Shown here: one piece after another, positions 25,570 to 38,750 of the stretch | Layout of the letters: every line of letters starts with the position of its first letter | Position numbering within the stretch: the stretch's first letter is position 1 | DNA from: Chiloscyllium plagiosum | Taxonomy: Eukaryota | NCBI RefSeq assembly: GCF_004010195.1 | Contig: NC_057719.1 | Span: 78,039,929 to 78,103,928 of the forward strand | Reading direction: 5' to 3' | Length of the DNA: 64,000 nt | The notes under the pieces: model-generated | What the model was told of the DNA's origin: nothing | Database searches by the model: none | The model's input: only the letters and a program-made list of their open reading frames with translations | Translations under genes and position numbers: made by a program

Positions 25570-25905
25570 CGTAGAATCCCTACAGTGTGAAAGCAGGCCA
25601 CTTGGCCCATTTGAGTCCACACCGATCATCCAAAGACCATCCCACCCAGACCCACCCCATCTCTGTAACTCTGCACTTCCTAATGCTAATCCACCTTGCC
25701 TGCATATCCCGGGACACTATGGGCAATTTAGTGTGGCCAATCCACCTAACCTATACATCTTTGAACTGGAGGAGGAAACCAAAGCACCCAGAGGAAACCC
25801 ATGCAAACACAGGGAGAACGTACAAACTCTACACAGCCAGTCGCCGAGGTGTATATAAACCTGGGTCCCTGACACTGTGAAGCAGCAGTGCTAACCATGC
25901 TGCTG
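25570..25905 (-). mobile_element. HE1-like tRNA-derived V-SINE
   Basis: Reverse complement has 'ggttagcactgctgcttcacag' and the V-domain 'gtgtagagtttgtacgttctccctgtgtttgcatgggtttcctctggg'. Confidence 0.75.
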
Positions 25906-26539
25906 TACGGGTTAGAAATAATAATGGGCAAAAGCATAAAACATGTTCCTTAAACCAAAAGCATCATTTATAACTATGGTGTTGCTATACAAATAGAATA
26001 CTTCTATTTACAGCACAGTAGTGTTCAGAAATGAATTATTTAAAACTGCCAAGTACAGCACAATGATTAGTTCTCTATCCCCTGAGTTGAAAGATGGCTT
26101 TTGTTTTTCTTGGCATTTCTTATTTCAGGCATTTTCATCATAATGTACTCTAACTAGAAAAGGTTTGGAGCTGCATATGAGGTTTTAAGAAGCTGAATGC
26201 AGATTTGAAGTCACAACTGATGTTGATTCAGGATCAGTATGTGGCGAATTGCTTAGTAAATGTGGTCTGCAGCTTGGCCAGACTATGGATAATCTGTGTA
26301 CCTGCTCACCAAAAGATGAGATTGCAGATATGTTCTGACGGGCAGTGTATGAACATGCGCAGAATGATGATGAATATGCACATAGAGATACTATGCGCAT
26401 TGAAAGGCTTGCCTTAGAGGCTGTTAACACCATTGAGGAGCATGCAAGCATCCAGATCCACTTGAAATGAAGCTGAAATTCATCCTTCCCAGCATACAAG
26501 TGGAGGCCAACTCCTTGACAGCATTTATTGACCCATGTC

Positions 26540-27310
26540 TGTGGGTATGTTCACCGAGCTGGGAGGTTGATTTGCAGACGTTCTACCCCCTGACCCCTTC
26601 AGTGCTTTGGAGCTTCCTGTGAAGTGCCACAGTACTGTCTTTTCTGGAATTTATTTGGTTCCGTTCCTGCTGCTTCTAGTTGCCAAATCTGGTTGTTTGT
26701 TCTCGTGGCCGGTATATTGGGTATACTGTTTGTTGATGGAGTCTGTGGATGAGTCCCATGCTTCTAGAAATTCTTTGGCTGTCCTCTGTTTAGCTTGTCT
26801 TCTGATTGTTGTGTTGTCCCAGTCAAATTTGTGATCCTTGTCATCTGTGTGTATGGCTACTAGGGACAGCTGGTCGTGACCTTTAGTGAATAGTTGGTGT
26901 TCATGGATGTAGATTGCTTGTTGCCTGCCTGTTTGACCTGTATACTGTTTTGTGCAATCTTGGCATGAAATTGCATTTGTCTTGCACATGGTGGGTATAG
27001 GTCTTTTGTTCTAGTGAGGGTCTTTTGTTCTAGTGTTCTTGTCTGAGGGTGGCTGTCGGTTTACAAGCTGTCAAGAATTCGGGTGGTTGGAGGCGTCTGG
27101 CTGTCACTTCTGAGGCGTCTTTAAATATGGTAGTGTGGCTTCTGTGTTGGATCATGGCATGTCCTTGTGTTGTTTGTCTGTTAGGTATCTGTGGATGAAG
27201 TTGCAGGGGTATCCTATCTTGGTGAAGACTCTGTAGAATTTTCCCAGCTCAGCGAACATACCCGCAGCTATCACCCAAACTACAAATCTTTATGCAAACC
27301 TTGAATTTAT
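26540..27310 (-). mobile_element. Penelope-like element (third family), GIY-YIG, with short inverted end
   Basis: 'CQDCTKQYTGQTGRQQAIYIHEHQ...HKFDWDNTTI...EFLEAW'. 26541-26564 is the reverse complement of ~27242-27265. Confidence 0.85.
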
Positions 27311-27591
27311 TAATCCAGCCAAAATGTAGTTTCTGGTATCGGGTGATGTGTCCCAAATTATTACAGTTCCACGTGGAGTGCTGGCAAGTTGTCAAGCTCC
27401 TAGGTGAGGAGAGATGAATTGACTCCCCTTTTTATGCGCCCAATTCACAAAAGATCCCTTCCATTGTGCATACCTTTTTTCCCAGGTCAAATGAATTTAT
27501 ACTATAAATGGAGCCAATTTAACCAGTCTGTCTTGATTTAAATAGTTACAAAATGTGAGCAGAAATAATAATGCAACATACACAGACACAC

Positions 27592-28245
27592 AGAGCAGGT
27601 GGATAGGATAGTTAAGCTGTTTGGTATGCTTCCCTTTATTGGTCAGCGTATTGAGTACAGAAGTTGAGAGGTCATGTTGCGGCTGTACAGGACATTGGTT
27701 AGGCCACTGTTGGAATATTGCACGCAGTTCTGGTCTCCTTCCTATCGGAAAGGTGTTGTGAAACTTGTAAATCTTTCTGAACCCTTTCAAGGATGTTACC
27801 AGGGTTGGAAGATTTGAGCAGTAGGGAGAGGTTGAATAGGCTAGGGCTGTTTTCATTGGAGCATCAGAGGCTGAGGAGTGACCTTCATAGAGGTTTATAA
27901 AATCATGACGGTAAATAGACAAAGTCTTTTCCCCGAGGTGGGGGTGTCCAGAACAAGAGGGCGTAGGTTTAGGATGAGAGGAGAAAGATATAAAAAGACC
28001 TAAGGGGCAACTTTTTCATGCAGAGAGTGATAAGTGTATGGAATGAGCTGCCAGAGGAAGTGGTAGAGGCTGGTACAATTACAATATTTAAAAGGCATCT
28101 GGATGGGTATATGAATAGGAAGGGTTTGGAGGGATAGGGGCCAGGTGCTGACAGGTGGGACAAGATTGGGTTGGGATATCTGGTCAGTATGGACAAATTG
28201 GACTGAAGGCTCTGTTTCCGTGCTATGCATCTCTATGACTATGAC
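27592..28245 (+). mobile_element. CR1 LINE 3' part
   Basis: 'ggccactgttggaatattgcacgcagttctggtctcc' through a 'ctctatgactatga' tail. Confidence 0.88.
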
Positions 28246-29586
28246 ACACACCTTAGAATTCTGAAACGAGCACCAAAAAAGTTTTTTTAAAAAATAAGGA
28301 TTTCTCTGAGTCATTCATGAAGAGTAGATGGAAGAATATTATAGCTGTCACAATTGTTGTTTCCAGTTGATTTCAAGATTCTTGGCTTTGCAGGTTGATT
28401 ATTTAAATTATTTTGTCTTGGTTTGTTTTGATGGTGATTGGTGGTTACACTCAGAATGAGAGACTTCTTTGTCCTCTTTTTACCTGTGTTGTTGTCATGT
28501 TTAGTGGCCATATTTAAAACGTATGACTTCCCAGCACACCATAATGTCAGGCCACAAACACCAACACTAGGTTCAAAACTTGCTTTTTACCCTGCCCCTG
28601 TGTATTCTTGAACAGGGTGAATGTGTGACTGGAGTGTTTTTTTTTTAAAGACCATCGTGCTCACAATCTGTGATACTCATGGGGGATTACATTCAGTTTG
28701 GAGTGCACCTATTCCTTGGAAGCTTCTTTCATACCTGCATATTCCAGAGTTCCTCTTCAGACAGTCACTAGATTTACGTCTACAGTCACTTTGGCTAAAT
28801 CAGTCCTCTTTTAACAGGCAAGAATATATTCTAATTTTAAAGTTCAATGTGTCCTTAGGTGCTACAAGGTTATGATTTGTGACCTTGAAATTGATGTCTT
28901 CTATTTTGCAGCTCAGCAGGAGCTAGCCAGTTTTTTTGGTGCTGCAGCAGGAGCTCAAACTGAAATCATGGAATCCACACTTGTTGTCATACAAACCCAA
29001 CTTCTTGCTATGCAATCTCATGTTGCAGCTAGCATGGTGTGGATGCCTGTGCTTAAAGGTTGGTGAGTCTCAGCAGTCAGCAATCTATGATCAGGCTGAT
29101 TTCTAGGATTACTGAAGAGTTGTTTCAGGAGAGTGGCAGTGGATCCGTGGTGCATGAACTTTCAGTCTGCACTCAGGATGACAGTATTTACATGCCCACT
29201 ACTTTCACTTCAGCCAGTGCTCTTTTTGTATGCAGTGGTACAATTCCGATGCGTCTTAACCAGCCAGCCCACACTGCTGCCACAAAAGTGAAGATGATGC
29301 AATCTGGAGTCTAAGTCCTAATGCCTAAAGATGCTCAAGGGTATCTGACAGTACCATGTTTTTCTCCCCCATTGAAATTCAATAGCCACCTACCTGTTGT
29401 GCTGTAGCAAATGGGGAAAACTCTGTGGGAACAGTAGATAAGGCTTAGGAAATGTAAGGTAGTAATGAAACATTCAAGATGTGTCTGTGCTACTGCAAGA
29501 ATTGGTGGATAAAGTATTATTAATTTGCTTTGGTGGTCCTTGGCCAAGAACACTGTGATGATGGAATGAGAAATAATATATTTTGG

Positions 29587-30086
29587 NNNNNNNNNNNNNN
29601 NNNNNNNNNNNNNNNNNNNNNNNNNNNNNNNNNNNNNNNNNNNNNNNNNNNNNNNNNNNNNNNNNNNNNNNNNNNNNNNNNNNNNNNNNNNNNNNNNNNN
29701 NNNNNNNNNNNNNNNNNNNNNNNNNNNNNNNNNNNNNNNNNNNNNNNNNNNNNNNNNNNNNNNNNNNNNNNNNNNNNNNNNNNNNNNNNNNNNNNNNNNN
29801 NNNNNNNNNNNNNNNNNNNNNNNNNNNNNNNNNNNNNNNNNNNNNNNNNNNNNNNNNNNNNNNNNNNNNNNNNNNNNNNNNNNNNNNNNNNNNNNNNNNN
29901 NNNNNNNNNNNNNNNNNNNNNNNNNNNNNNNNNNNNNNNNNNNNNNNNNNNNNNNNNNNNNNNNNNNNNNNNNNNNNNNNNNNNNNNNNNNNNNNNNNNN
30001 NNNNNNNNNNNNNNNNNNNNNNNNNNNNNNNNNNNNNNNNNNNNNNNNNNNNNNNNNNNNNNNNNNNNNNNNNNNNNNNNNNNNNN
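29587..30086. other. Assembly gap (500 N)
   Basis: N run. Confidence 1.
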
Positions 30087-30719
30087 TCTTTCTCTCTTTC
30101 TCTCTGTAACTTGTTTCTACTTCCAACCTGCTCAGTTAGCTGAGAAGCAATCAGCTGCATTTGTAAACAGCTCATCAGCTCCTGACTATCCGCACATTGC
30201 AGGAACCCACAGACATAAATCAGTTTACAATAGTTGTTAACTTCCTTGCTGTGAAATCATGCAGCCATCTCTGTTTTTAAAAGTTTTCTCTCCTTGCATT
30301 CCATGGTTTTAAAAGACACAAAAACATACATTTCGTACACCACCATGTTTAAGGTTACTTTTCTAGCTTCTTGCGTGTGGAGTGAGTGGATCAGATCCTT
30401 GAAAAGGCATGCTAAGTCATGGTAATCACTGCCAAGGAATGCCCCAGTCATTCCTTGATTGGCCTGCATGCGCATTCAAATCAAGGGATTTACACATATT
30501 CTAGTCCTGTTCCTATCCCTTCTCATCTGTTGCCATTGGACTTTTAAAAGTAGGAAGAACAACTGCTGGCAAGATCTTGCACATGGATTATTTTTAGTTG
30601 GAGAATGTGTTGCTCCTGCAGCTACCACAAGTTGTGGCTTGAGCCCATAGCTGGGAGATCTGGGAAGACTAGCAAGTTGTCGTCTTTCTATAGCCTTCAT
30701 CCACCACCACAGCCGCTGA

Positions 30720-31270
30720 GAATTAGAAAGTCTGCCACCTACTGTTGAAGACTTGGCTTCTTCTGGATCGTGTTTAGTCCAGAGCTCCTCCCAAGCTTGC
30801 TTGTCATGGGTGACTCCACTGGAGCACTAGTCTGCGGATGATTTTTTTGAAGTTGACTGGCCCTGCAAGCCCCTCCAATGTGACAATGTAATGATCTTTG
30901 AAGGGGCTCTATGAGAGAGCCCACAGACATATGGCTGGGTGATTTATGTGTACCCCATTTTTGGATGGAGGAGAACCTTTAATCAGCTGCAGCCCGAGAG
31001 CTCAAAAGGTTCCTTCATGCAGTTCGAGTATGGCGTTAACGTTGTCTTCTAGATATACCAGGGTTACACAGCTATCCACTTCCTGGAGGTCTGTTATGTT
31101 CTAGTGCAAGAGTTTGCTTAAAGCCTTTGGAGATTGAGATGTTTCCCATCAGACATGGAATCGGGTCAGACCCCAAGTGGAAGAATGTACCTGCTCACAT
31201 TGAGCTGGCTGCTAGAAAGATAGAGAATAGGGTAGTCATACGCATGTATGCTAGTTTCATGCCAGTTCTT
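30720..31270 (-). mobile_element. Highly decayed Gypsy-like pol (RT) remnant
   Basis: Faint minus-strand similarity to RT segments (e.g. 'VTLVYLEDNV' near YxDD). Many disruptions. Confidence 0.3.
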
Positions 31271-31282
31271 AGGGAAAGGCAT

Positions 31283-31710
31283 CAGACGTTACAATGACCA
31301 ATGGCAGTCATTTTGTCGTAAAAAGGCTGTACAATTATGAGTTTCTGTTGATAGCCAATGCTGGCTAGGATCTTCCTAAGAGCTTTCCAGTTGACTGAGT
31401 TAGAGCCCTTCATCAGAATGTGAAGACTATCTATCAAGAGCTTAGTTTTGCTTGTGGTATTTCTCTTGAACCTTTTGTGTGGTAAAGAACAGATCTGTTG
31501 TACCCTATAATGCTCTGAAACCACATTGAGATTCTGGCAGGATGGTTTCTGCAAGTGGAAATAAGCAGCCCTGTAGTATTTGGGCAATGATCTTGCCAGT
31601 GGAGTGCCTTAATCATGGCCACCTTTAGCCTGATCTCCTTTCATGAAAATTGAAACCAATTTGGTGTTGCTTGGGTCTTCTGGGCATTCTTCTTCATTTT
31701 CGCTTTGCTG
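31283..31710 (-). mobile_element. RTE-like LINE RT fragment
   Basis: 'KLLIDSLHILMKGSNSVNWKALRKILASIGYQQKLIIVQPFYDKMTA' resembles the RTE motif 'DLTKAFDSVNREALWKIL..GCP.KF...LHDDM.A'. Confidence 0.6.
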
Positions 31711-31899
31711 GAAAAGTACATATATAGTCGATATACAACTGAAACTCCACTAAACTTATATCAGAGGACTGAGGAATAAAGAAAAGAAACAAAAACAGAA
31801 ATTGCTGGTGAAACTCAGCAGGTCTGGCAGCATCTGAGGGGGTAAAGCAGAGTTAATGTTTTGAGTCCAGTGACTCTTAATCAACCTGAATACTCTGCG

Positions 31900-32295
31900 A
31901 TAGGGTAGCAGGTAGAATTAGGGAGAATTGCAAGGTATTCTATAAGAGTATTAAGGGGAAGAGGATTACCAAGGAAAGAGTAAAGTCCATTCAGAATGAA
32001 GAGAGCAATCTGTGCATTGAACCAGATGGCATAGGCATTGTTTTAAACAAGTATTTTACATTGGGAGAAAGAGGATGGAGTTACAGCATTCAGGAAGAGG
32101 AACTGTGAGGTTCTTGAGCAGATTGAAATAGGGAGTGAGGAGGTATTGGAAGTTTTGGCTGGTTTATAAATGGACAGATCCCTAGGTGCAGATGAGTTGT
32201 ATCCCAAGCTATTGTAGGATATGAGGGAGCTCCAACCCAAATATTTTAATTACCCTCTGGCTACAGGGGAAGTACCAGAGGACAGGAAAACAGCA
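31900..32295 (+). mobile_element. Old CR1 internal fragment
   Basis: 'gaggaggtattggaagttttggctggtttataaatggacagatccctaggtgcagatgagttgtatccc' is a decayed 'DKSPGPD.YPR' region. Confidence 0.55.
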
Positions 32296-32595
32296 CTCTC
32301 TCCACCTGGTACTGATGGTGTCACTGTTTCCAAGTGGAGTAATGACCAGCCAGGACGGAAATGAGACCATGGATGACTTTCATGGCCTGATCGAAACCTT
32401 TCAACCATGCTTGTCAGCATATGGCAAGACCTCCTTGACTTTCTCTTGACAGTAATTGTTCTTGATCTCTTGAATAATGTTCTGGGTCTTTGCCTTCGGC
32501 CAGTAAGAGTTTTGTTTGTGGAACTGTTTCTGGGTTCACTTTGCTGTAGGCAGAAGTCAGCTCTTTTTTGATTCAGCATGTGTTCAATTATGACA

Positions 32596-35000
32596 GTGCA
32601 GCACAGTACAACCCCTTTGGCCCTCGATGTTGTGCCGACCTTTTATCCAGCTCCAAGATCAGACTAACCTACATACCTTTCATTGTACTATTAACCATGT
32701 GCCTCTCCAAGAGTTGTTTAAATGACCCTAATGTATCTGATTCTACTATCACTGCTGGCAGTGCATTCCATACGCGCACCACTCTGAGTAATGAACCTAC
32801 TTCTGACACCCCCCTCCCCCCGACCCCCAAAACCTACCTTCAATTACCTTAAAATTATGCTTCCATATGATAGACATTTCCACCATGGGAAAACATCTCT
32901 GACTATCCACTCTATCTATGCCTCTCAACATCTTATACACCTCTATCAAGTCACCTCATCTCTCTTCGCTCCAATGAGAAAAGCCCTAGCTCCTTCAACC
33001 TTTCTTCATAAGACATACCCCCTAGTCAAGGCAGCATTCTGGTAAATCTCCTCTGCACCCTCTCTAAAGCTTCCACATCTTTCCTATAATGAGGCGACCA
33101 GAACTGAACACAATATTCCAAGTGAGAACTAACCAGAACTCTATAGAACTGCAGCATAACCTTGCTCAATCCCCTGTTTGAAAGCCAGCACACCACGCGC
33201 CTTCTTAACTACTCTATCAACGTAGGTGGCAACATTAATGGATCTATAGACATGGATCCCAAGATCCCTCTGTCCCTCCACACTGCCAAAAATCTTGCCT
33301 TTTAACCCTATATTTTTGCATTCAAATTCGACCTTCCAAACTGAATCACTTCACACATTTCCAAGTTGAACTCCATCTGCCACTTAGCCCAGTTCTGCAT
33401 CCTGTCAATGTCTCGTTGCAACCTACAACAACCTCCACACTACCCACAGCTCTACCAAATGTCACATCATTGCAAATTTACTAACCCACGCTTCCACTTC
33501 CTCATCCAAGTCATTTATAAAAACCACATACAACAGACGTCCCAGAACTGATCCCTGTGGAACAAGAAGCTCCAGGCTGAATACTTTCCATCTACCATCA
33601 CCCTCTGTCTTCTATGGGCCAGCCAATTCTGTATCCAGACAGCCAGATTTCCATGTATTCCATGCCTCCTTATTTTCTGAATATGACTACCATGAGCAAT
33701 CTTATCAAACGTCTTGTTAAAATCCGTGTACACCACATTCACTGCTCTACCTTTTTCAACGTGTATTGTCACATCCTCAAAGAATTCAGTGAAGTTTGTG
33801 AGGCATGACCTGCCCCTCTCAAAGCCATGCTGGCTATCTCTCTTCAAACTCTGGTTTTCCAAGTAATCATAAATCCTGTCTCTCAGAATCCTCTCGAGTA
33901 CTTTGCCCACCACTGACGTAAGACTGACTGGGCTGTAATTCCCAGGATTATCTTTATTCCCTTTCTTGAGCAAGGGAATAACTTCAATCATCTGGCTCTA
34001 CTCCATTGGTCAGTGCGGATGCAAAGATCACCACCAAAGGCGCAGCAATCTCTTCCCTCACTTCCTGTAGCAACCTTGAGTATATACCGTCTTGCCCAGG
34101 GGATTTATCTATCCTTGTGTTTTTCAAAATTTTTAGTACATCCTCCTTCCTAACATCAATCTGTTCGAGCATATCATTCTGTTTCACACTGTCCTCAGAA
34201 ACATCAAGGTCCCTCTCAGCAGTGAATACTGAAACAAAGTATTTGTTAAGGACCTCTCCTACTTCGTCTGACTCCAGGCACAAGTTCCCTCCACTGTCCA
34301 TTATCGGCCCTACCCTCATGCTGGCCATCATCTTGCCCCTCACAATAGGAAAGAAAGCCTTAGGATTTTCCTTAATCCTACCCACTAAAGCTTTTTCATG
34401 CCCCCTTCTAGCTCTTCCAAGTCCATTCTTCAGTTCCTTTCTGGCTGCCTTGTAACCCTCTAAAGCCCTGTCTCAACCCTAACTCATCATTCTTAAGTAA
34501 ACTTCCTTCTTCCTCTTGACTAGATGTTCCACATCCCTTGTCACCCAAGGTTCCTTCACCCTCCCATCCCTTCCTTGCCGCAGTGGGACAAACCTATCCA
34601 GCACTATCAGCAAGTGCTTCCTAAACAACTACTGTCATGCATTTCCCTGAGAATATCTGCTCCCAATTTCGGCACTCCAGTTCTTGCCTAATAGGGTTGT
34701 AATTTCTCCTCCCCCAATTAAATACTTTCCCATACTGTCTGCTCCAATCCCTCTCCATGAGTATACTAATGGTCATGGAGTTGTGATCATGATCATTGAA
34801 ATGTTCTCCCACCAAGGGATCTGACAAGTGGCATGGTTCATTGTTAAGCACCAAATCCAATATGACCTCTCCTCTCATCAGCCTATCTACATATTGCAAC
34901 AGGAACCCTTCCTGGACACACCTGAATAAAACCGCTCCATCCAAACTATTTGAACTGAGTAGGTTCCAGTCAATATTAGGGAAGTTAAAGTCACCCATTG
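32596..35000 (-). mobile_element. CR1 LINE, ~2.4 kb, EN end plus RT, frameshifted
   Basis: 'MGDFNFPNIDW', 'RIKENPKAFF', 'NYSPVSLTSVVGKVLERILRDRI...YTDFNKTFDKIAH'. Confidence 0.92.
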
Positions 35001-35734
35001 ATGTCAAACATTGTTTCAGTACAGGCTGAAGGAAGGCCATTCCCCAAGAAGATTAGAGCAGATATACCAGTTTGGGGAGAGGATCAAACATAGAATACTT
35101 GTTGGAAGGCCTTATTGCCAGATATTCTCTGGAGAGAGTTTGTGTTGAATTCCCAATGGGGATAGGTTGATATCGTGGAGGGTGTGTGTGGTCTTGGGGA
35201 CTGAATTAGTCAGTAGTCAGTACAGCAGTTGTCAGTGCTTTTCTCTTAGGTCTATTGCACAAATGGTACTGTGACCTATCAGATACTGTTGTCAGGTGGT
35301 CAGCACTTGTCATGTTGGTATTGCATGGTGTTGGAAATTAGCAACTTGTGCTTACCACATTTACTCAAAAGTAAGATGAATTGGAGTTTGAGTGTTCTAC
35401 CCCTTCTCCTTCCAGACAGAGCAATCATGTACAACTGTAAAATTGAAATCTCCACAATCAACAGTTGTTCACTTCGCATCATCAGTTGCCTCAGCTTTTG
35501 GTTAAGGGGAAACTGTGGTGTTACTCACTGGATTAGTAATCCAGAGGACAGGTTCTAGGGAACATGGATTGAACTATAGCAGCTGATGGAATTTAAATTC
35601 AATTAATTGATAAAATTTGAAATTTAAAGATATCCATCTGTGTCAGTAATGACCTTCTGACGCAAATCTGTTCTTATCTGGTCTAGCCTTTACGTGACTC
35701 CAGATTCTCAGCAATGTGATTAACTCCTCACAGA

Positions 35735-36535
35735 ATCTCCAACTTTTATAGAAGGAGGCCATTCAGCCCATTGGGTCTTCATTGGCTTTGAGTATTTTGA
35801 CCTCCAGCAAACACCTGCCCTTTCACCATTACCCTTCATATTATTTCTATTTAAATAACCGGCCTCTGCCATCTTGAATTGGACCTACTTTGCCACATTT
35901 GTAGGCAGTACATTCCAAACCCGAACGATTATCTGTATGAAAGAATTGTTTTTCACACCTCACACTTCTTTTGCACAATGCTTTTAAACTGTGCCCTTTG
36001 GTTCAAGATCCTTTTTGTGAGCAGAAACAGTTTCTCTCTACCTCCGTTGTTGAGATTACCATCCTCTTTCAAATCTCCTCTCAGCCTTCTCTTCTCAAAG
36101 GAAAGCAGTCCCAACTTTGCCAATTTATACCCATAACTAAGTTTCTTCTCCTTGAAACCATCCTCATAAATCCCTCTGCGGGCTCTCCAATGCATCCATA
36201 TTCTTTGCAAAATGTGGAGCCCAGAACTGTACACAATTCTCCAGCTGAGATGCATGTATAATTTCCCTGCCGTTGTACTCTGTGCATCTGTTAATGACAT
36301 TAAGTGTAGTACATTTTATTAACAGTTCTCTCTACCTGCACTGAGACCTTTAAAACTTATAGACAGCTACACTTGAGTCTCTGTGCTCCTGCACTCCCTT
36401 TAGAATAATAAACTTTAATTCCATTTCTCCATGTTCTTTCTACCAAAGCGTACCATCTCTCAATTCTCTGCAATGAACTTCATCTGATATCTATCTGCTC
36501 ACACCAACTTCTTATTGTCTTTTTGAGGTTCTACT
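35735..36535 (-). mobile_element. Decayed CR1 3' part
   Basis: 'LAKLGLLSFEKRRLRGDL'. Confidence 0.7.
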
Positions 36536-36624
36536 GGAACACAAAGCTAATCATCTAGGTCAACAATGTAGTTGACTTTTAACTTCCCTTGCAACTTCCA
36601 AAGTTGAAGTGGTTGATAAGGAGA

Positions 36625-36788
36625 TACAAAGTTTAAAAAATCTCACAAGACCAAGTTATAGTCCAACAGGTTTAATTGGAAGCACACGAGCACTAGTGTT
36701 CTTCCAATTGAACCTGTTGGACTATAACCTGGTGTTGTGTGATTTTTAACTTTGTACACCCCAGTCCAACACCGGCAGCTCCAAATCT
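36625..36788. repeat. ~130-bp near-perfect palindrome plus short tail (Penelope-derived inverted repeat)
   Basis: 'tacaaagtttaaaaaatc...gttatagtccaacaggtttaattggaag' mirrored by 'cttccaattgaacctgttggactataac...gatttttaactttgta'. Confidence 0.85.
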
Positions 36789-37078
36789 TGATAAGGAGAA
36801 GTTTCTCCAGGTTGGGAAGTCTAGAACCAGTGGTGGAGGGGGGGGCGGAATCCCTATCCAAGAAGCCTGTGAAATCTCCATCTTCGAACATGTTTAAGGT
36901 AGAGAGTAATGGATTTCTGATTACCAGTGCCGAGAGTGTTATGGAGACAGTGTGGGTAAAAGGAAATGAAGTTTTCAGTCTGCAATGATTTTACTGATTG
37001 GGCAGAGCAGACTAACTAATATTCCCAAATTCCAATATTCCTATGTCCTCAGAAATGGACTCACATACCATCGGCTTT

Positions 37079-38750
37079 GTGATTTATATATATTTTTAAC
37101 ATCATGGACTGTTAAGTTTGTGTTTAGATTTTGTTTATCTTAAGTTAAGAATCAACTTCTAGCCATGGTAATTTATTTTAGAATACTTTTTGAGGCATAG
37201 CTTTAGTAGTAGTGAGGTAGGGTTTTATGTTCAAACAAGATAAACGAGCTCTAGTTTAGAAGGTCAGGAGACTTTTTTAATTTATGGAAAATACCCATAG
37301 CTTAAAGAAAGTGACTTATTTTCTTGTTTTACTTTTTGTTTCGAGCTGTGAAGTCCTTGGATGAAGATACTTGTATATATCAAGAAGGGAAGGATATAGT
37401 AAAACTTGCATACTGTACTGTTGAGTAAACTGTTGCATTATTTCTGGAGCAGAGATGTTGACAGAAAATTTTGGAAGAAATTACTTGAAGCCAAGTACGT
37501 TTAAGTTGAGGTGCATAAATAGTTTAAAAAAAAGAAGCTATCTGCCTTTCCAGTATACGAGTTAAAGTCACAAGAGTTTTAAACCTATCAAGGTGTTAGG
37601 AGCATGGATTATGGTGAGAGTACAATATAATTGGTGTTTTGGGGTATTGTACGTAATGAGTGCTTGGATATTGTAAGGGATTTTTTTCAGAACTGTACAG
37701 AAGTTGTTTTTATTTTCAACTTTATAAAGGAATGTTTTGGATTATAGAACTTTTAATTTGTGATTAAAAATCTTTGGACATGTGTTAAGTAGATATTTTG
37801 GTTTATTCTATTCTTCCTACTCTTGAAATCAACTTTGTTTTACTGTTTAGGCAAATTCTGCAGTATTACATGTTTGGAACCATTTGGTTAAAACCAAAAC
37901 AAAGGAAAATATAATCCATCAAGCCAGGTTGCAGTCTGGGATCTGACTTGTCCAGTAATAGCATTATCTGGGATCAGAACAGTTGGGTGCTGATTGTGAC
38001 TGTTGTATCTACTAGATTTAAGAGAGGTGTACAGCTATCCTGTTAATGTAATAGCTACTGAGTAGTTCTTGGGGCATAATGGAACATTGTTGTGGTGAGA
38101 TGTATTGCACAAAATTTGAAAATGGCTTTGTTTTGACCAGAGTTTTCTGAAAGTGGAAAATCTTATAATGGATTATTTTAAATCCTTGACTATAGCTAAA
38201 CTGAGTAATTTTGCCGATAATTTGAAGGTAGAACTAACAATGGGATACTTGAAGTGATTACAGAACAGACTGCAGTGTATAAAACTCTCTTTAACTTGAT
38301 ACCTATGGCTTGTGCCTGAAGCTTATCAATTGAAATTTAAGACGACAGGAAACAAACGTAATCAAACATTTGTGGAATTTACGAGAGAGACTGGAATGCT
38401 GTGGGACGAGGTTTAGATCACTCAAGCTGAAGAAAAGGATTGAGAGTTTAGAGGAAATTATGATCATGGAAGAAATCAGAAACAACATTCTTGCAAATGT
38501 AATAAATTTATTAATGAGTGTCAAGTATTCAAGATCAGAAGCAGCTGTTCTGGCAGATATCTATGATATCTCATACAGACAATTACAGGTGGGGAAATGG
38601 TCACATGGAAATCCATAAGAACATCGGAGGAAAAGAAAGTTTCTGGATGGAAAAGAAGCTAGTTTTAAGGAACAAACAGGAAAATGTCAAGGTAATAAAG
38701 GAAAAAGGTTGCAACATTTTACATGCATGCCATCACCAAGCACATGAATA
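37079..38750 (+). mobile_element. Gypsy LTR retrotransposon remnant: 5' LTR (~37079-37981) and decayed gag
   Basis: TG...'gggatctgacttgtccagt...gggatcagaaCA' followed by 'gttggg'. The downstream translation 'RSLKLKKRIESLEEIMIMEEIRNNI...SEAAVLADIY' resembles a SCAN-like Gypsy capsid C-domain. Confidence 0.6.

Larger units (their letters stand above)
26129..29450 (+). pseudogene. Fossil Harbinger Myb/SANT-like gene, exon 3 (pieces ~26129-26535 and ~28910-29450, interrupted by Penelope and CR1)
   Basis: Acceptor tttcttatttcag|. Decayed helical translations 'VPAHQKMRLQICS..RRMMMNMHIEILCALKGLP*RL' and 'QQELASFFGAAAGAQTEIMESTLVVIQTQLLAMQSHVAAS'. Confidence 0.4.

Noticed and set aside
26190..26470. 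Protein-like frame 'EAECRFEVTTD...DEIADMF*RAVYEHAQ...' as a separate pseudogene
   Set aside because: Better explained as part of the fossil Harbinger Myb gene exon 3 read partly in another frame.
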